Assembly: GCA_947085095.1 (NCBI GenBank)
Contig: CAMTVD010000003.1
Location: 1-29,438 of the forward strand
Reading direction: 5' to 3'
DNA: 29,438 nucleotides
Origin: an uncultured Thermus sp.
GTDB taxonomy: Bacteria > Deinococcota > Deinococci > Deinococcales > Thermaceae
The notes under the pieces were generated by a model, which made no database searches, was not told the origin of the DNA, and worked only from the letters and a program-made list of their open reading frames with translations. Shown one piece after another: positions 1-7,839 of this stretch (positions are counted from its first letter, which is position 1; every line of letters starts with the position of its first letter). The translations under genes were made by a program, and so were the position numbers.

Positions 1-42
1 GACCTCGCCCAGGTGCGGCTGAACGAGCCCGTGAGCCTGTAG
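1..42 (+). CDS. 3' end of an unidentified gene (…DLAQVRLNEPVSL*), truncated by the window edge
   Basis: Frame 1 is open with GC3-rich codons and ends at TAG 40-42, overlapping the first arm repeat. Confidence 0.4.
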   Translation, partial: DLAQVRLNEPVSL

Positions 43-58
43 CAGAGCTGTAGCAGAG
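37..58 (+). repeat. Left arm-type integrase site pair (CTGTAGCAGAG x2)
   Basis: Exact 11-bp tandem repeat at 37-47 and 48-58. The TGTAGCAG core recurs at 235-242 and 247-254 on the other side of the att core. Confidence 0.7.
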
Positions 59-141
59 CGCCAACCGGATAGTACCCCCACGTGCCAATCCGTGCCGATT
101 CCTGACGCGACTTGCCGCGGTGCGCAGGGATTTTCGTGCGG

Positions 142-185
142 TCGCACTCAGGAGGTCAGGGGTTCGAATCCCCTCGGCTCCACCA
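142..185 (+). mobile_element. att core: 3' half of tRNA-Ala(CGC), not a complete tRNA
   Basis: TCGCACTCAGGAGGTCAGGGGTTCGAATCCCCTCGGCTCCACCA spans the anticodon loop (CGC), variable loop, T-arm with GTTCGAATC, acceptor 3' strand and CCA. Upstream sequence lacks the 5' acceptor strand and D-arm. Lies next to the integrase 3' end. Confidence 0.88.
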
Positions 186-204
186 GCTCCAGAACGGAGT
201 TTTT

Positions 205-230
205 GACCCCCCGGGGAAGCCCGGGGGGTC
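205..230. terminator. 11-bp GC hairpin between att core and integrase end (possible terminator)
   Basis: GACCCCCCGGG-GAAG-CCCGGGGGGTC perfect inverted repeat. No clean U-tract follows on either strand. Confidence 0.45.
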
Positions 231-233
231 GCT

Positions 234-256
234 CTGTAGCAGAAGGTGTAGCAGGA
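234..256 (+). repeat. Right arm-type integrase site pair (TGTAGCAG x2)
   Basis: CTGTAGCAGAA at 234-244 and GTGTAGCAGGA at 246-256, same orientation as the left pair. Confidence 0.7.
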
Positions 257-262
257 ACCCCG

Positions 263-1396
263 CTAACCGATGTCCAGCACCCACCCCCGCCGCTCCTCCT
301 CCAGGAGGTGGCGGTAGATGCCCAGGGTGATGTTCGGGTTTGCGTGGCCCATGCGCTCGGCCACCAGCTCCACGGGAGCCCCCTGAGCGAGGAGGAGGGA
401 GCCGTAGGTGTGCCGGAGGTCGTGGACCCGCACCTGGGGGAGACCGAGCCGGGCGAGGAGCCTGCGGAGGAAGTGGTCCGGGGCGTCCGGGTGGACGGGC
501 TGGGAGGGGTCCCGCCCCGGGAAGAGCCAGCTCCTCCGCACCTCCTCCTCGCTGAGCCCCTGGACGCTCTCGCGGTAGGCCCGCAGGCGCTCCAGGGTGG
601 TGGGGGGGATGGGGACCGCACGGTAGCCCGAGGAGGTTTTGGGTTCGGAGACAACCCCCTTCCCGCCCACCTTCGCCCACGCCCGGCGCACGTGGAGCAC
701 CCCCTCCTCGAGGTCCACGTCTTCCCACCGGAGGCCCAGAGCCTCGCCCCTTCGGAGCCCGCAGGTGAGCATGAGCCGGAGGGCGATGGCGAGGGGGGAG
801 GGGTGCTCGTCCAGCGCGGCGAGAAGTCTCCTAGCCTCATCGGGCTCCAAGGTTCTTCCCGGACTCCTCCTCGGCGGCCCCTTCACCTTCACGGGAGCCA
901 CAGGGTTGCGGTGGATGAGCTCCATCCGCACGGCGTCCTCAAAGACGGCGTGGAGGAGCCAGCGGATGTTCTTCATGGCGTGCGGGGTGAGCCTGAGCCC
1001 GTCCAGGTGCCGCCGGACGTGGAGAGGTTGGACGCTCTGGAGCCGCATGCGCCCAAAGCGGTCGTAAGCCGTGGGGTCCCTGAGGGAGGGTATGGCCTTC
1101 GCCAGGTGGTAGCGGTAGCTCTCCAGGGTGCGGGGGCGAACCTCCGCCGCCTTGCGCTTGAGCCAGTCCTCGGCCCAGTCCCGCACGGTGATCTGGGCGG
1201 GCTCGGCGAGGAGCCCCCGGTGGTGGAGCACCTGGAGCTCGGCGAGCTTACGGGCGACCTCCTGGCGGGTCCTGCCGTAGACGACCTTCCGCCGGGGGTT
1301 CCCGCGAGGGGTGTAGCCCACCGTGATGGCCCCGACCCAGAGCCCGTCCTTCCGCTGGTAGATGGACCCTTCTCCTGGAGGACGCTTGCGGGCCAT
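263..1396 (-). CDS. int: Tyrosine recombinase (phage integrase)
   Basis: Starts MARKRPPGEGSIYQRKDG (arm-binding N-terminus). Catalytic motifs GLRRGEALGLRWEDVD, PKT, HDLRHT, MGHA and Tyr (GIYRH). ATG at 1396 preferred over the ORF-track start at 1585. Confidence 0.96.
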   Translation of the reverse strand: MARKRPPGEGSIYQRKDGLWVGAITVGYTPRGNPRRKVVYGRTRQEVARKLAELQVLHHRGLLAEPAQITVRDWAEDWLKRKAAEVRPRTLESYRYHLAKAIPSLRDPTAYDRFGRMRLQSVQPLHVRRHLDGLRLTPHAMKNIRWLLHAVFEDAVRMELIHRNPVAPVKVKGPPRRSPGRTLEPDEARRLLAALDEHPSPLAIALRLMLTCGLRRGEALGLRWEDVDLEEGVLHVRRAWAKVGGKGVVSEPKTSSGYRAVPIPPTTLERLRAYRESVQGLSEEEVRRSWLFPGRDPSQPVHPDAPDHFLRRLLARLGLPQVRVHDLRHTYGSLLLAQGAPVELVAERMGHANPNITLGIYRHLLEEERRGWVLDIG

Positions 1397-1397
1397 G

Positions 1398-2150
1398 TCA
1401 GCGCAGGTGCTGGCTCCAGGACTCGTAGTCCCGGTGGCTGACCTCCAGGGTGTAAGACGTGGGCGGGTTGCCCAAGAGGACGAAAACGGCTTCCCCCACC
1501 CTCCGCTCCAAGGGAGCACCCTGCCGCACCTGGCCCAGGGCTTTCTCGGCCCACGCCTTGGACTCCAGCTGCGGGTTGCCGTCAAAGGGGGCGGTGGCGA
1601 GGTAGGGGAGGAGCCAGGACGCCGTGGGCTCGGCGTTCAAACCGGATACGCTGACCTCGTAATGCAGCACCTTGTCCCCGTAGGTGGCGATCTCCACCCA
1701 CATCTCCGCCCCGGTGTCGGGGTCCACCTTCACCGCCCGGTGGTACTTCACCCCAGGGATAACGTTGGAGGGCTCCATGGTAAAGCGGAAGCCGTAGGGC
1801 TCCTTCTCCAGGTTCAAGGTGATGTCTACCCAGAAAAGCCCGGGTAGGACAGGGGGCGGAGGCATTTCCGCCTCCTGGGTTTTGGGGGGTTCGCTGGCCT
1901 GCTCCGTTTGCGAAGGTTGGGGAGATTGTGCAGGTTGCGAAGGTTGGGCAGATTGAACAGATTGGGCCGATTGGGGGTTTTGCGGTGTTTGCGGTGGAGG
2001 AATGAGGACCAGTCCGATGAGCGCCACCACCGCACCGAAGGCAAACATCCCCAGCCTTTCCTTCAGGGTCAGCGGCTTGGCACCCTTGGGCGTCTTGGAG
2101 AACGCCGCCGCCAGGAGCAGCCCCCCAAGGATGAGGAGAACCCAACCCAT
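1398..2150 (-). CDS. Membrane-anchored protein with Gln/Pro/Ser linker (possible superinfection exclusion)
   Basis: Two N-terminal hydrophobic segments, QSAQSVQSAQPSQPAQSPQPSQ linker, then a globular domain. GGAGG RBS. Sits between repressor and integrase. Confidence 0.7.
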   Translation of the reverse strand: MGWVLLILGGLLLAAAFSKTPKGAKPLTLKERLGMFAFGAVVALIGLVLIPPPQTPQNPQSAQSVQSAQPSQPAQSPQPSQTEQASEPPKTQEAEMPPPPVLPGLFWVDITLNLEKEPYGFRFTMEPSNVIPGVKYHRAVKVDPDTGAEMWVEIATYGDKVLHYEVSVSGLNAEPTASWLLPYLATAPFDGNPQLESKAWAEKALGQVRQGAPLERRVGEAVFVLLGNPPTSYTLEVSHRDYESWSQHLR

Positions 2151-2159
2151 GGCTACCTC

Positions 2160-2816
2160 CTACATCTTCCGCACCAGGGTGGCCGCCACCCCGAGGATGC
2201 GGTCGTGCTCGGTTAGGGGAACGGGAGGGTGGTCCGGGTTGTCGGAGTAGAGGTACCAGGAGCCGTTGTAGCGCTGGAGCCGCTTTACCACAACCCCGTC
2301 CCAGTGCACGTGCACCGCCACGATGCGCCCGGGCTCCGGGGCTCCCCCCGTCCAGAAGACCACGATGTCCCCGTCCCTGAGCGTGGGCTCCATGGAGTCT
2401 CCCTTGACCCGCACGGCGAAGAGCTCTTCCTCCCGCTTGCCCCTGAGCTCGGGGATGTGGAGGGTGATGTATTCCGCGCCCTCGTTCCACATCGGCGGCC
2501 CAGCCCCGGCGTCTATGACAGGAATACGATACCGCACCACGGAAATAGCCCCGGGGATTTCCGCACCAGGAAGCTGGATGCCGGTTTCGCGGGAGAACTC
2601 CTCGGGGGTCCATTGGAGAACCCGGAGAAGCCGGTTGAACGCTTCCGGGTCCTTAGCCCAGAGATAGCGGATGGCATTCTCGGGGTCGGGAAGGACCTGG
2701 GTTGCCAGCCACGAAGCGCTGCGCCCTACCATACGGCTCACCTTTGGCTGTGATAGCCCCAGCTCGCGGATGCGCTTGCGGATAGCCATAGCGGCTTTTT
2801 CTTCTGTAGCCACCAC
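2160..2816 (-). CDS. CI/LexA-like phage repressor (HTH plus S24 autopeptidase)
   Basis: N-terminal HTH, Ala-Gly cleavage site (DAGAG), catalytic VKGDSMEP serine and VVKRL lysine. Divergent from Cro. Confidence 0.93.
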   Translation of the reverse strand: MVATEEKAAMAIRKRIRELGLSQPKVSRMVGRSASWLATQVLPDPENAIRYLWAKDPEAFNRLLRVLQWTPEEFSRETGIQLPGAEIPGAISVVRYRIPVIDAGAGPPMWNEGAEYITLHIPELRGKREEELFAVRVKGDSMEPTLRDGDIVVFWTGGAPEPGRIVAVHVHWDGVVVKRLQRYNGSWYLYSDNPDHPPVPLTEHDRILGVAATLVRKM

Positions 2817-2831
2817 TTTGCCACCCCCTCG

Positions 2832-2901
2832 GTGTTAGCATAGCTAACACTCTGTCAGGGGTGTTGACTATTCGGCCAGGCTGTGCTAGCATGGCTGACA
2901 G
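2832..2901. promoter_or_regulatory. Genetic switch: operators and rightward early promoter
   Basis: Perfect palindrome GTGTTAGC-ATA-GCTAACAC (2832-2850) and a degenerate copy GTGCTAGC-ATG-GCTGACAG (2883-2901). Promoter TTGACT (2864-2869), 17 bp, TG-n-TAGCAT (2887-2892). Leftward -10-like TATGCT at 2842-2837. Confidence 0.8.
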
Positions 2902-2902
2902 G

Positions 2903-3130
2903 ATGACGGCAACGGACCTGGCAACCCTGATTAGGGTCAAGCGAGCGGAGAAGCGCTGGAGCCAGGCGGATTTGGCAGCCAAGGCTGGCGTCTCCCGCTC
3001 GCTCGTTGCGTATGTGGAGAATGGCGGTCGCCCCAGCATCAGCACTCTAAAAAAGCTGGCGACTGCGTTGGGTATTTCTGCGTCCGAGTTATCAGCAATA
3101 CTGCTGGCAGAGGAGGCCTCCCATGCCTAA
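2903..3130 (+). CDS. Cro-like XRE HTH regulator
   Basis: RAEKRWSQADLAAKAGVSRSLVAYVENG…PSISTLKKLATALG is a classic HTH_3. Start set at ATG 2903 because the upstream in-frame starts overlap the promoter. Confidence 0.9.
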   Translation: MTATDLATLIRVKRAEKRWSQADLAAKAGVSRSLVAYVENGGRPSISTLKKLATALGISASELSAILLAEEASHA

Positions 3131-3389
3131 CCCCACGACCACCCCTCAGACTGCGTTGCCCCACCCCGTGGCCTACAACATCGCCCAGGCCGCCAAGGTT
3201 CTGGGTATCGGGGAAAGGACCCTCCGCTACCTCATCCGGGCGGGGCAGATCCGCGTGGCCCGGGTGGGGAGGAGGGTGCTGGTCCCTCACTCGGCCATCG
3301 TGGAGTTTTTAGAACGCGGTGGCGTTGAACAGGTCCTCTACGGCCACGTGGCCGTGAGGAAGTCGGCCAGGGTGGAGGCCCTGGCCTAG
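3123..3389 (+). CDS. xis: Excisionase (HTH_17 family)
   Basis: AYNIAQAAKVLGIGERTLRYLIRAGQIRVARVGRRVLVP matches the Xis/HTH_17 pattern. GAGGAGG RBS. Confidence 0.85.
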   Translation: MPNPTTTPQTALPHPVAYNIAQAAKVLGIGERTLRYLIRAGQIRVARVGRRVLVPHSAIVEFLERGGVEQVLYGHVAVRKSARVEALA

Positions 3390-3403
3390 TGGAGGTGATG
3401 CGA

Positions 3404-3706
3404 ATGACTAGACAGGCGCAGGTTCAGTATACCACAGCTCTGCGGCGGGTGCTGGAGAAGTATCCAACCCTCCCCCCTCGGAAGCGCGGCGAGTCCTGGG
3501 AGGAGTACCTCCAGCGCTTGGAGCACCGGCTCCGGTTGCTGGAGGCGGCCTGGGGGGACTGGGTGGAGTCCCCCCCTAGCCCCGAGCTCTACCTCTCCGA
3601 CCCTTACTGGGCACACGCGTGGCCCAAGGCCCGGGGGGAAATCTACTTGCTCCGCATGGCTTTGCCGGAGCTTCGGCGGGCCCTCAAGGGGGTGCGCCAT
3701 GCGTAG
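3404..3706 (+). CDS. Hypothetical early protein
   Basis: GGAGGTG RBS 6 nt before ATG 3404, host-like codon usage, overlaps the next gene. Confidence 0.65.
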   Translation: MTRQAQVQYTTALRRVLEKYPTLPPRKRGESWEEYLQRLEHRLRLLEAAWGDWVESPPSPELYLSDPYWAHAWPKARGEIYLLRMALPELRRALKGVRHA

Positions 3707-4061
3707 GGACTGGCGCACCGCCTGGTATCAGGCCAACCCAGAGGGACTGGTGGGGCGTCTCAGGGACCTCGCGCGGTCCCGCCCCGAGGCCGCCAGGGCC
3801 CTGGCCACGCGGCTGGAGCGCGAGGGCTGGGGCCCCTGGTGGGAGCTCCTGGGGGACCTCCAGGCCCCCCGGGCCCTCTGCCCCGTGTGCTGGGGGGAGG
3901 GGGTGGTGTGGACGCATCCCATGGCTCGCTCGTGGGAGGTCCCCCAGGACCTCGCGGACGAGTGGTGGCAGGACTGCCACGCATGCGGCGGGGAGGGCCT
4001 GGTGCCCTTCCCCGTTGACGCAGGGGACTACGGGGAGGAAACCCCGTTCCCAAGGAGGTAG
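3699..4061 (+). CDS. Hypothetical protein with two CxxCxGxG zinc-binding motifs
   Basis: CPVCWGEG and CHACGGEG (DnaJ-type zinc repeat). Translationally coupled to neighbours. Confidence 0.7.
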   Translation: MRRDWRTAWYQANPEGLVGRLRDLARSRPEAARALATRLEREGWGPWWELLGDLQAPRALCPVCWGEGVVWTHPMARSWEVPQDLADEWWQDCHACGGEGLVPFPVDAGDYGEETPFPRR

Positions 4062-4064
4062 ATC

Positions 4065-4640
4065 ATGGGGATCTTTAAAGGGATGGTCGCGGAAAGGAGC
4101 GGCGAGCAGGCGGTTAGGGAGCCCGGGACGTACGAGTTCCAGCTGGTGGAGGTGCAGGCGGGGCTCATGGCGAGCCAGTTCAGCGAGGAGCCCAAGCCCG
4201 CCTTGCGCTTTGTCTTTGAGGACGACGAGGGGCGCCTCTCCGGTCTCGTCAACATCCCCTCCATCGGTAGAACCCCCGATGGCTCCTACGGGCTCCTCTA
4301 CAACGAGAAGTCCAAGTTTTGGCAGGTGGTGGGGGCCCTCTGGGGCCGGGCGGTCGGGCCTCAGGACGCGAGCCTCCTGGGCATGGACATTCCCGGGGTG
4401 AACAGACCGGAGGACCTGAAGCGCTTACCTCTCTTCTTCACAGAGGGGCAGGAACCGGTGAAAGGGGTGGTGATTCGCATGGGCGAGGAGGAGATCACCG
4501 CCCCCGGCAGGCCCGTGCTCCTCACCATCGCCACGAAGGAGAAGGGGGACCGGGTGGTGACCAACATCATCCAGTACGCCCCGGTTCCGAGGAAGCGGGC
4601 TCAGAAGGCGGCCCAGAAGGCGGCTGAAGACCTCTGGTAG
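4065..4640 (+). CDS. Putative phage ssDNA-binding (OB-fold-like) protein
   Basis: AAGGAGG RBS. PGTYEFQLVEV N-terminal motif, beta-rich core, short acidic/aromatic tail (AEDLW). First gene of the replication module. Confidence 0.55.
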   Translation: MGIFKGMVAERSGEQAVREPGTYEFQLVEVQAGLMASQFSEEPKPALRFVFEDDEGRLSGLVNIPSIGRTPDGSYGLLYNEKSKFWQVVGALWGRAVGPQDASLLGMDIPGVNRPEDLKRLPLFFTEGQEPVKGVVIRMGEEEITAPGRPVLLTIATKEKGDRVVTNIIQYAPVPRKRAQKAAQKAAEDLW

Positions 4641-4647
4641 AGGAGCC

Positions 4648-5274
4648 ATGGCCCACCGCGCCCTGTACGACCCGACCCCGGAGGAGTGGCGCTACTACTC
4701 CTTCTCCCCCACGGCGGTGCGGTGGGCCAGGGTCGCCCTCGAGGCGGAGGGGTACGAGGTGGAAGCGCACGCCGCCCTGCTGGAGTTCGGCGTCCTCCTG
4801 GCGGCGTGGCACCCCGAGAAGGGGACCGGATTCCTCCTGGACGTCTACGATGTGAACCTCGTGGCGCGCCACGGCCCCGAGGCTCTGAGGAAGGGCCTCG
4901 TCCGGGGCTACGCCGCCAACCACGTCCGGGAGGACGAGCCCGGGTACCACATCCGCCGCTACGCCGAGGCGGCCCTGGCCCGCATCGTCAACGAGTTCGC
5001 CCGGGAGGCCACTCCGGGGAACCGCAACAACGCCCTGAACCGCATGGCCTACCAGCTCGGGCGACTGGTGGGCGGGGGGCTCATCTCCGAGGAGGAAGCG
5101 AGGGCGCTCATTTTCGGGGAGGCCGAGAAGGTCTTCCAGCCCTCCGAGCGCGCCGAGGTGGAGGGGACGGTCCGGTCGGGCCTCGAGGCCGGGAAGCGGA
5201 AGCCCGCCCCGCGCCCTGAGCGCCTGCTCGGCCTCAAGCCCAGGAAGGGGGTAGTGCCGCCGTGGAGAGAGTGA
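4648..5274 (+). CDS. Protein with primase C-terminal-like helical domain
   Basis: PGNRNNALNRMAYQLGRLVGGGLI…EVEGTVRSGLEAG resembles the helical domain that follows AEP/bifunctional prim-pol domains. No catalytic AEP motifs recognised. Confidence 0.6.
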   Translation: MAHRALYDPTPEEWRYYSFSPTAVRWARVALEAEGYEVEAHAALLEFGVLLAAWHPEKGTGFLLDVYDVNLVARHGPEALRKGLVRGYAANHVREDEPGYHIRRYAEAALARIVNEFAREATPGNRNNALNRMAYQLGRLVGGGLISEEEARALIFGEAEKVFQPSERAEVEGTVRSGLEAGKRKPAPRPERLLGLKPRKGVVPPWRE

Positions 5275-6233
5275 GCCTCGCCCCTCCGCCCCGCTTGAGC
5301 CGGGAGGAAGCCCTGAGCAGGGTGCAGGAGTGGATCCCGGGGGTGGAGCGCGTCCTCTGCATCCAGAGCACCCCCCGCCAGTACGTCCTCGTCCTGGAAG
5401 GCGGGCAGAAGGTGGACATCGGGAGCGTGGAGAGCCTGGCGAGCCAGCGGAAGGTGCGGGTGCGGGTGGCGGAGGTCCTAAAGGTGCTCCCCCGCTGGCT
5501 GGATCAGCGCTACTGGGACGACATGGCCCAGGCCATCATGGACGCCTCCGAGGACGTGGAGGCTCCCGAGGCGGAGGAGCTGGACCTCCTCCGGGCCTGG
5601 CTGGAGGCCTACCTGGACGAGCGCTCCCCCGCCCGGGAGGACGACCCCCAGGCGTGGGAGAGCCACTTCCGCATGGAGCTCCCCATCACGTGGCGGGGCG
5701 ACCTCGCCATAAACGCCACGAACTTCGCCTCCTGGGTGGGAGACCGGAGGGGGCACCGCATCCGCCCCAGGGAGATGGCCCTCCTCCTCCGGCGCTACGG
5801 GGCGGAGCCGGTGAAGGTCCAGCGCAAGGGGAGTGGTGCCAACCGCACCCGGCGGTACTGGGCCATTCCAGCCTCCCTCCTGCCTCCCGAGTGGGTGCCT
5901 TCTGAGCCTTCCGAGGAGGCGGCTAATGAGAACGCGTTCGCAGGTAGTCAGATAGTCGGAACCCCCAGCGCATCTGACTACCTCGCGAATAGCGTCCTGG
6001 ACGGCGAAAAGGTGGGAGGTAGTCAGGTAGTCAGATACAAAAACGAGCCGAACACCTCGCAATCATCTGACTACCTGACTACCGGAGGCACGAAGCCCGT
6101 GCAGAACGGGGTTTCTCGGGTAGTCAGATGGTCGGGCTCATCTGACTACCTGACTACCGCTAAGGGTGAGAAAGATTTCTCAACCGAAGAGGAGGGGGAG
6201 GTGCTGAGCGATGAAGGGGTTGACTGGTTCTAG
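5262..6233 (+). CDS. Putative replication protein containing internal iterons
   Basis: Between the primase-like and helicase genes. Its 3' third carries GGTAGTCAG repeats in both orientations (SDYLTT/GSQVV peptide repeats). Confidence 0.6.
   Translation: MERVSLAPPPRLSREEALSRVQEWIPGVERVLCIQSTPRQYVLVLEGGQKVDIGSVESLASQRKVRVRVAEVLKVLPRWLDQRYWDDMAQAIMDASEDVEAPEAEELDLLRAWLEAYLDERSPAREDDPQAWESHFRMELPITWRGDLAINATNFASWVGDRRGHRIRPREMALLLRRYGAEPVKVQRKGSGANRTRRYWAIPASLLPPEWVPSEPSEEAANENAFAGSQIVGTPSASDYLANSVLDGEKVGGSQVVRYKNEPNTSQSSDYLTTGGTKPVQNGVSRVVRWSGSSDYLTTAKGEKDFSTEEEGEVLSDEGVDWF
5942..6158. repeat. Iteron array, likely replication origin
   Basis: Alternating-orientation copies: AGGTAGTCAGATAGTCGG 5942-5959, ATCTGACTACCT 5972-5983, GGTAGTCAGGTAGTCAGAT 6018-6036, ATCTGACTACCTGACTACC 6065-6083, GGTAGTCAGATGGTCGG 6119-6135, ATCTGACTACCTGACTACC 6140-6158. 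Locally more AT-rich. Confidence 0.78.
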
Positions 6234-7839
6234 CCGCCTCCGGGTCTACGGGCCGCCCGGGACGGGGAAGACGACCTGGCTGAAGAACGAGGTGGAGCGG
6301 CTCCTCCGCTCCGGCGTGCCCGGGGAGGAGATCGCCGTGTGCTCTTTCTCCCGGGCGGCGTTCCGCGAGTTTGCCTCCAGGCTCGCCGGGCAGGTGCCTG
6401 AGGACAACCTCGGGACCATCCACAGCCTGGCCTACCGGGCCATCGGAAGGCCTCCTCTGGCCCTGACGAAGGACGCCCTGAGCGACTGGAACCGCCGGGT
6501 GCCCGACACCTGGCGCGTGACCCCGAGGGTGGACGGGAGGGGGGCGGACCTCCTGGACGTCATGGACCCCTACGAGGACGAGGACTCGAGGCCCCCCGGG
6601 GACAAGCTCTACGACCGGGTGGCCTACCTCCGGAACACCCTCGCCCCCATGGCGGCCTGGAGCGAGGAGGAAAGGGCCTTCTTCCAGACCTGGAAGGCCT
6701 GGATGAACGCTACGGGGCTTGTGGACTTCCCCGGGATGCTGGAAATGGCCCTGGCGAAGCCCGGCGGCCTCGGAGCGCGCTTCCTCCTGGTGGACGAGGC
6801 CCAAGACCTCACCCCCCTCCAGCTCCTCCTGGTGGAGAAGTGGGCCCAAGGGGCCCGGCTCGCCCTGGTGGGGGACGACGACCAGGCCATCTACGGCTTC
6901 ATGGGAGCGGACGGGGCCTCGTTTCTCGGGGTCCCGGTGGAAGACGAGCTTGTCCTAGGTCAATCCTACCGCGTCCCCGCCAGGGTGCAACGGGTGGCGG
7001 AGGCCGTCATCCGCCGGGCGCAGAACCGGGCCCCGAAGCGCTACGCCCCCCGTGGGGACGAGGGAGAGGTGCGCCTCCTCTGGGTGCCCCCGGAAGACCC
7101 CTACCACGCCGTGGTGGATGCCTTGGAGCGGGTAAACCGGGGGGAGAGCGTCCTCTTCCTGGCCACGGCCAAGTACCTCCTGGAGGAGCTGAAACGTGAA
7201 CTCCTCCGCGTGGGGGAGCCGTACGCCAATCCGTACGCCCCCCACCGGCACAGCTTCAACCTCTTCCCCCAGGGAGCGAGGAGCGCCTGGGAGAAGGCGC
7301 GGAGCTTCCTCTTTCCCAACCGCATCGCGGCGGACGTGAAGGCGTGGACCAAGCACGTGAGCTCCAAGGTCTTCGCCGTGAAGGGGGAGGAGGCGAGGCG
7401 GTACATAGAGAGCTTCCCGGACGAGGAGAAGGTGGGGGACGACCACCCCATCTGGAACGTCTTCCGCCCGGAGCACCGTCCGCACGCCGTGGGGCGGGAC
7501 GTGTCCTGGCTCCTGGACCACCTCCTGGGGAACGCCCCCAAGACGATGAGGCAGAGCCTCATGGTGGCCCTGAAGAGCCCGGAGGCGGTCCTCCAGGGCA
7601 GGGCTAGGGTGTGGATCGGAACGATCCACAGCGTGAAGGGCGGCGAAGCGGACTGGGTGTACGTCTGGCCTGGGTACACGAGAAAGGCGGCTAGGGAGCA
7701 CCCGGACCAGCTACACAGGCTCTTCTACGTGGCCGCCACCCGGGCGAGGAAGGGGCTCGTGCTCATGGACCAGGGGAAGGCCCCGCACGCCTACCCCTGG
7801 CCCGCCGTGAGGGAAGAGGTGGAGGTGGACGTATGGTGA
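6211..7839 (+). CDS. Superfamily 1 (UvrD/Rep-like) DNA helicase
   Basis: Walker A GPPGTGKT, TIHSLAY, Walker B LVDEAQD, VGDDDQAIYGFMGA, QSYR, TIHSVKGGEAD, LFYVAATRAR. Confidence 0.95.
   Translation: MKGLTGSSRLRVYGPPGTGKTTWLKNEVERLLRSGVPGEEIAVCSFSRAAFREFASRLAGQVPEDNLGTIHSLAYRAIGRPPLALTKDALSDWNRRVPDTWRVTPRVDGRGADLLDVMDPYEDEDSRPPGDKLYDRVAYLRNTLAPMAAWSEEERAFFQTWKAWMNATGLVDFPGMLEMALAKPGGLGARFLLVDEAQDLTPLQLLLVEKWAQGARLALVGDDDQAIYGFMGADGASFLGVPVEDELVLGQSYRVPARVQRVAEAVIRRAQNRAPKRYAPRGDEGEVRLLWVPPEDPYHAVVDALERVNRGESVLFLATAKYLLEELKRELLRVGEPYANPYAPHRHSFNLFPQGARSAWEKARSFLFPNRIAADVKAWTKHVSSKVFAVKGEEARRYIESFPDEEKVGDDHPIWNVFRPEHRPHAVGRDVSWLLDHLLGNAPKTMRQSLMVALKSPEAVLQGRARVWIGTIHSVKGGEADWVYVWPGYTRKAAREHPDQLHRLFYVAATRARKGLVLMDQGKAPHAYPWPAVREEVEVDVW

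Noticed and set aside
110..185. Complete tRNA-Ala gene
   Set aside because: The 5' acceptor strand and D-arm are absent; only the anticodon loop to CCA matches.
92..1441. 449-aa plus-strand ORF, and the many other long antisense ORFs in the track
   Set aside because: These are shadow ORFs of high-GC genes on the opposite strand, with no RBS or motifs.
5942..6158. CRISPR-like array
   Set aside because: The repeats alternate in orientation, are short with irregular spacing, lie inside a CDS, and there are no cas genes.
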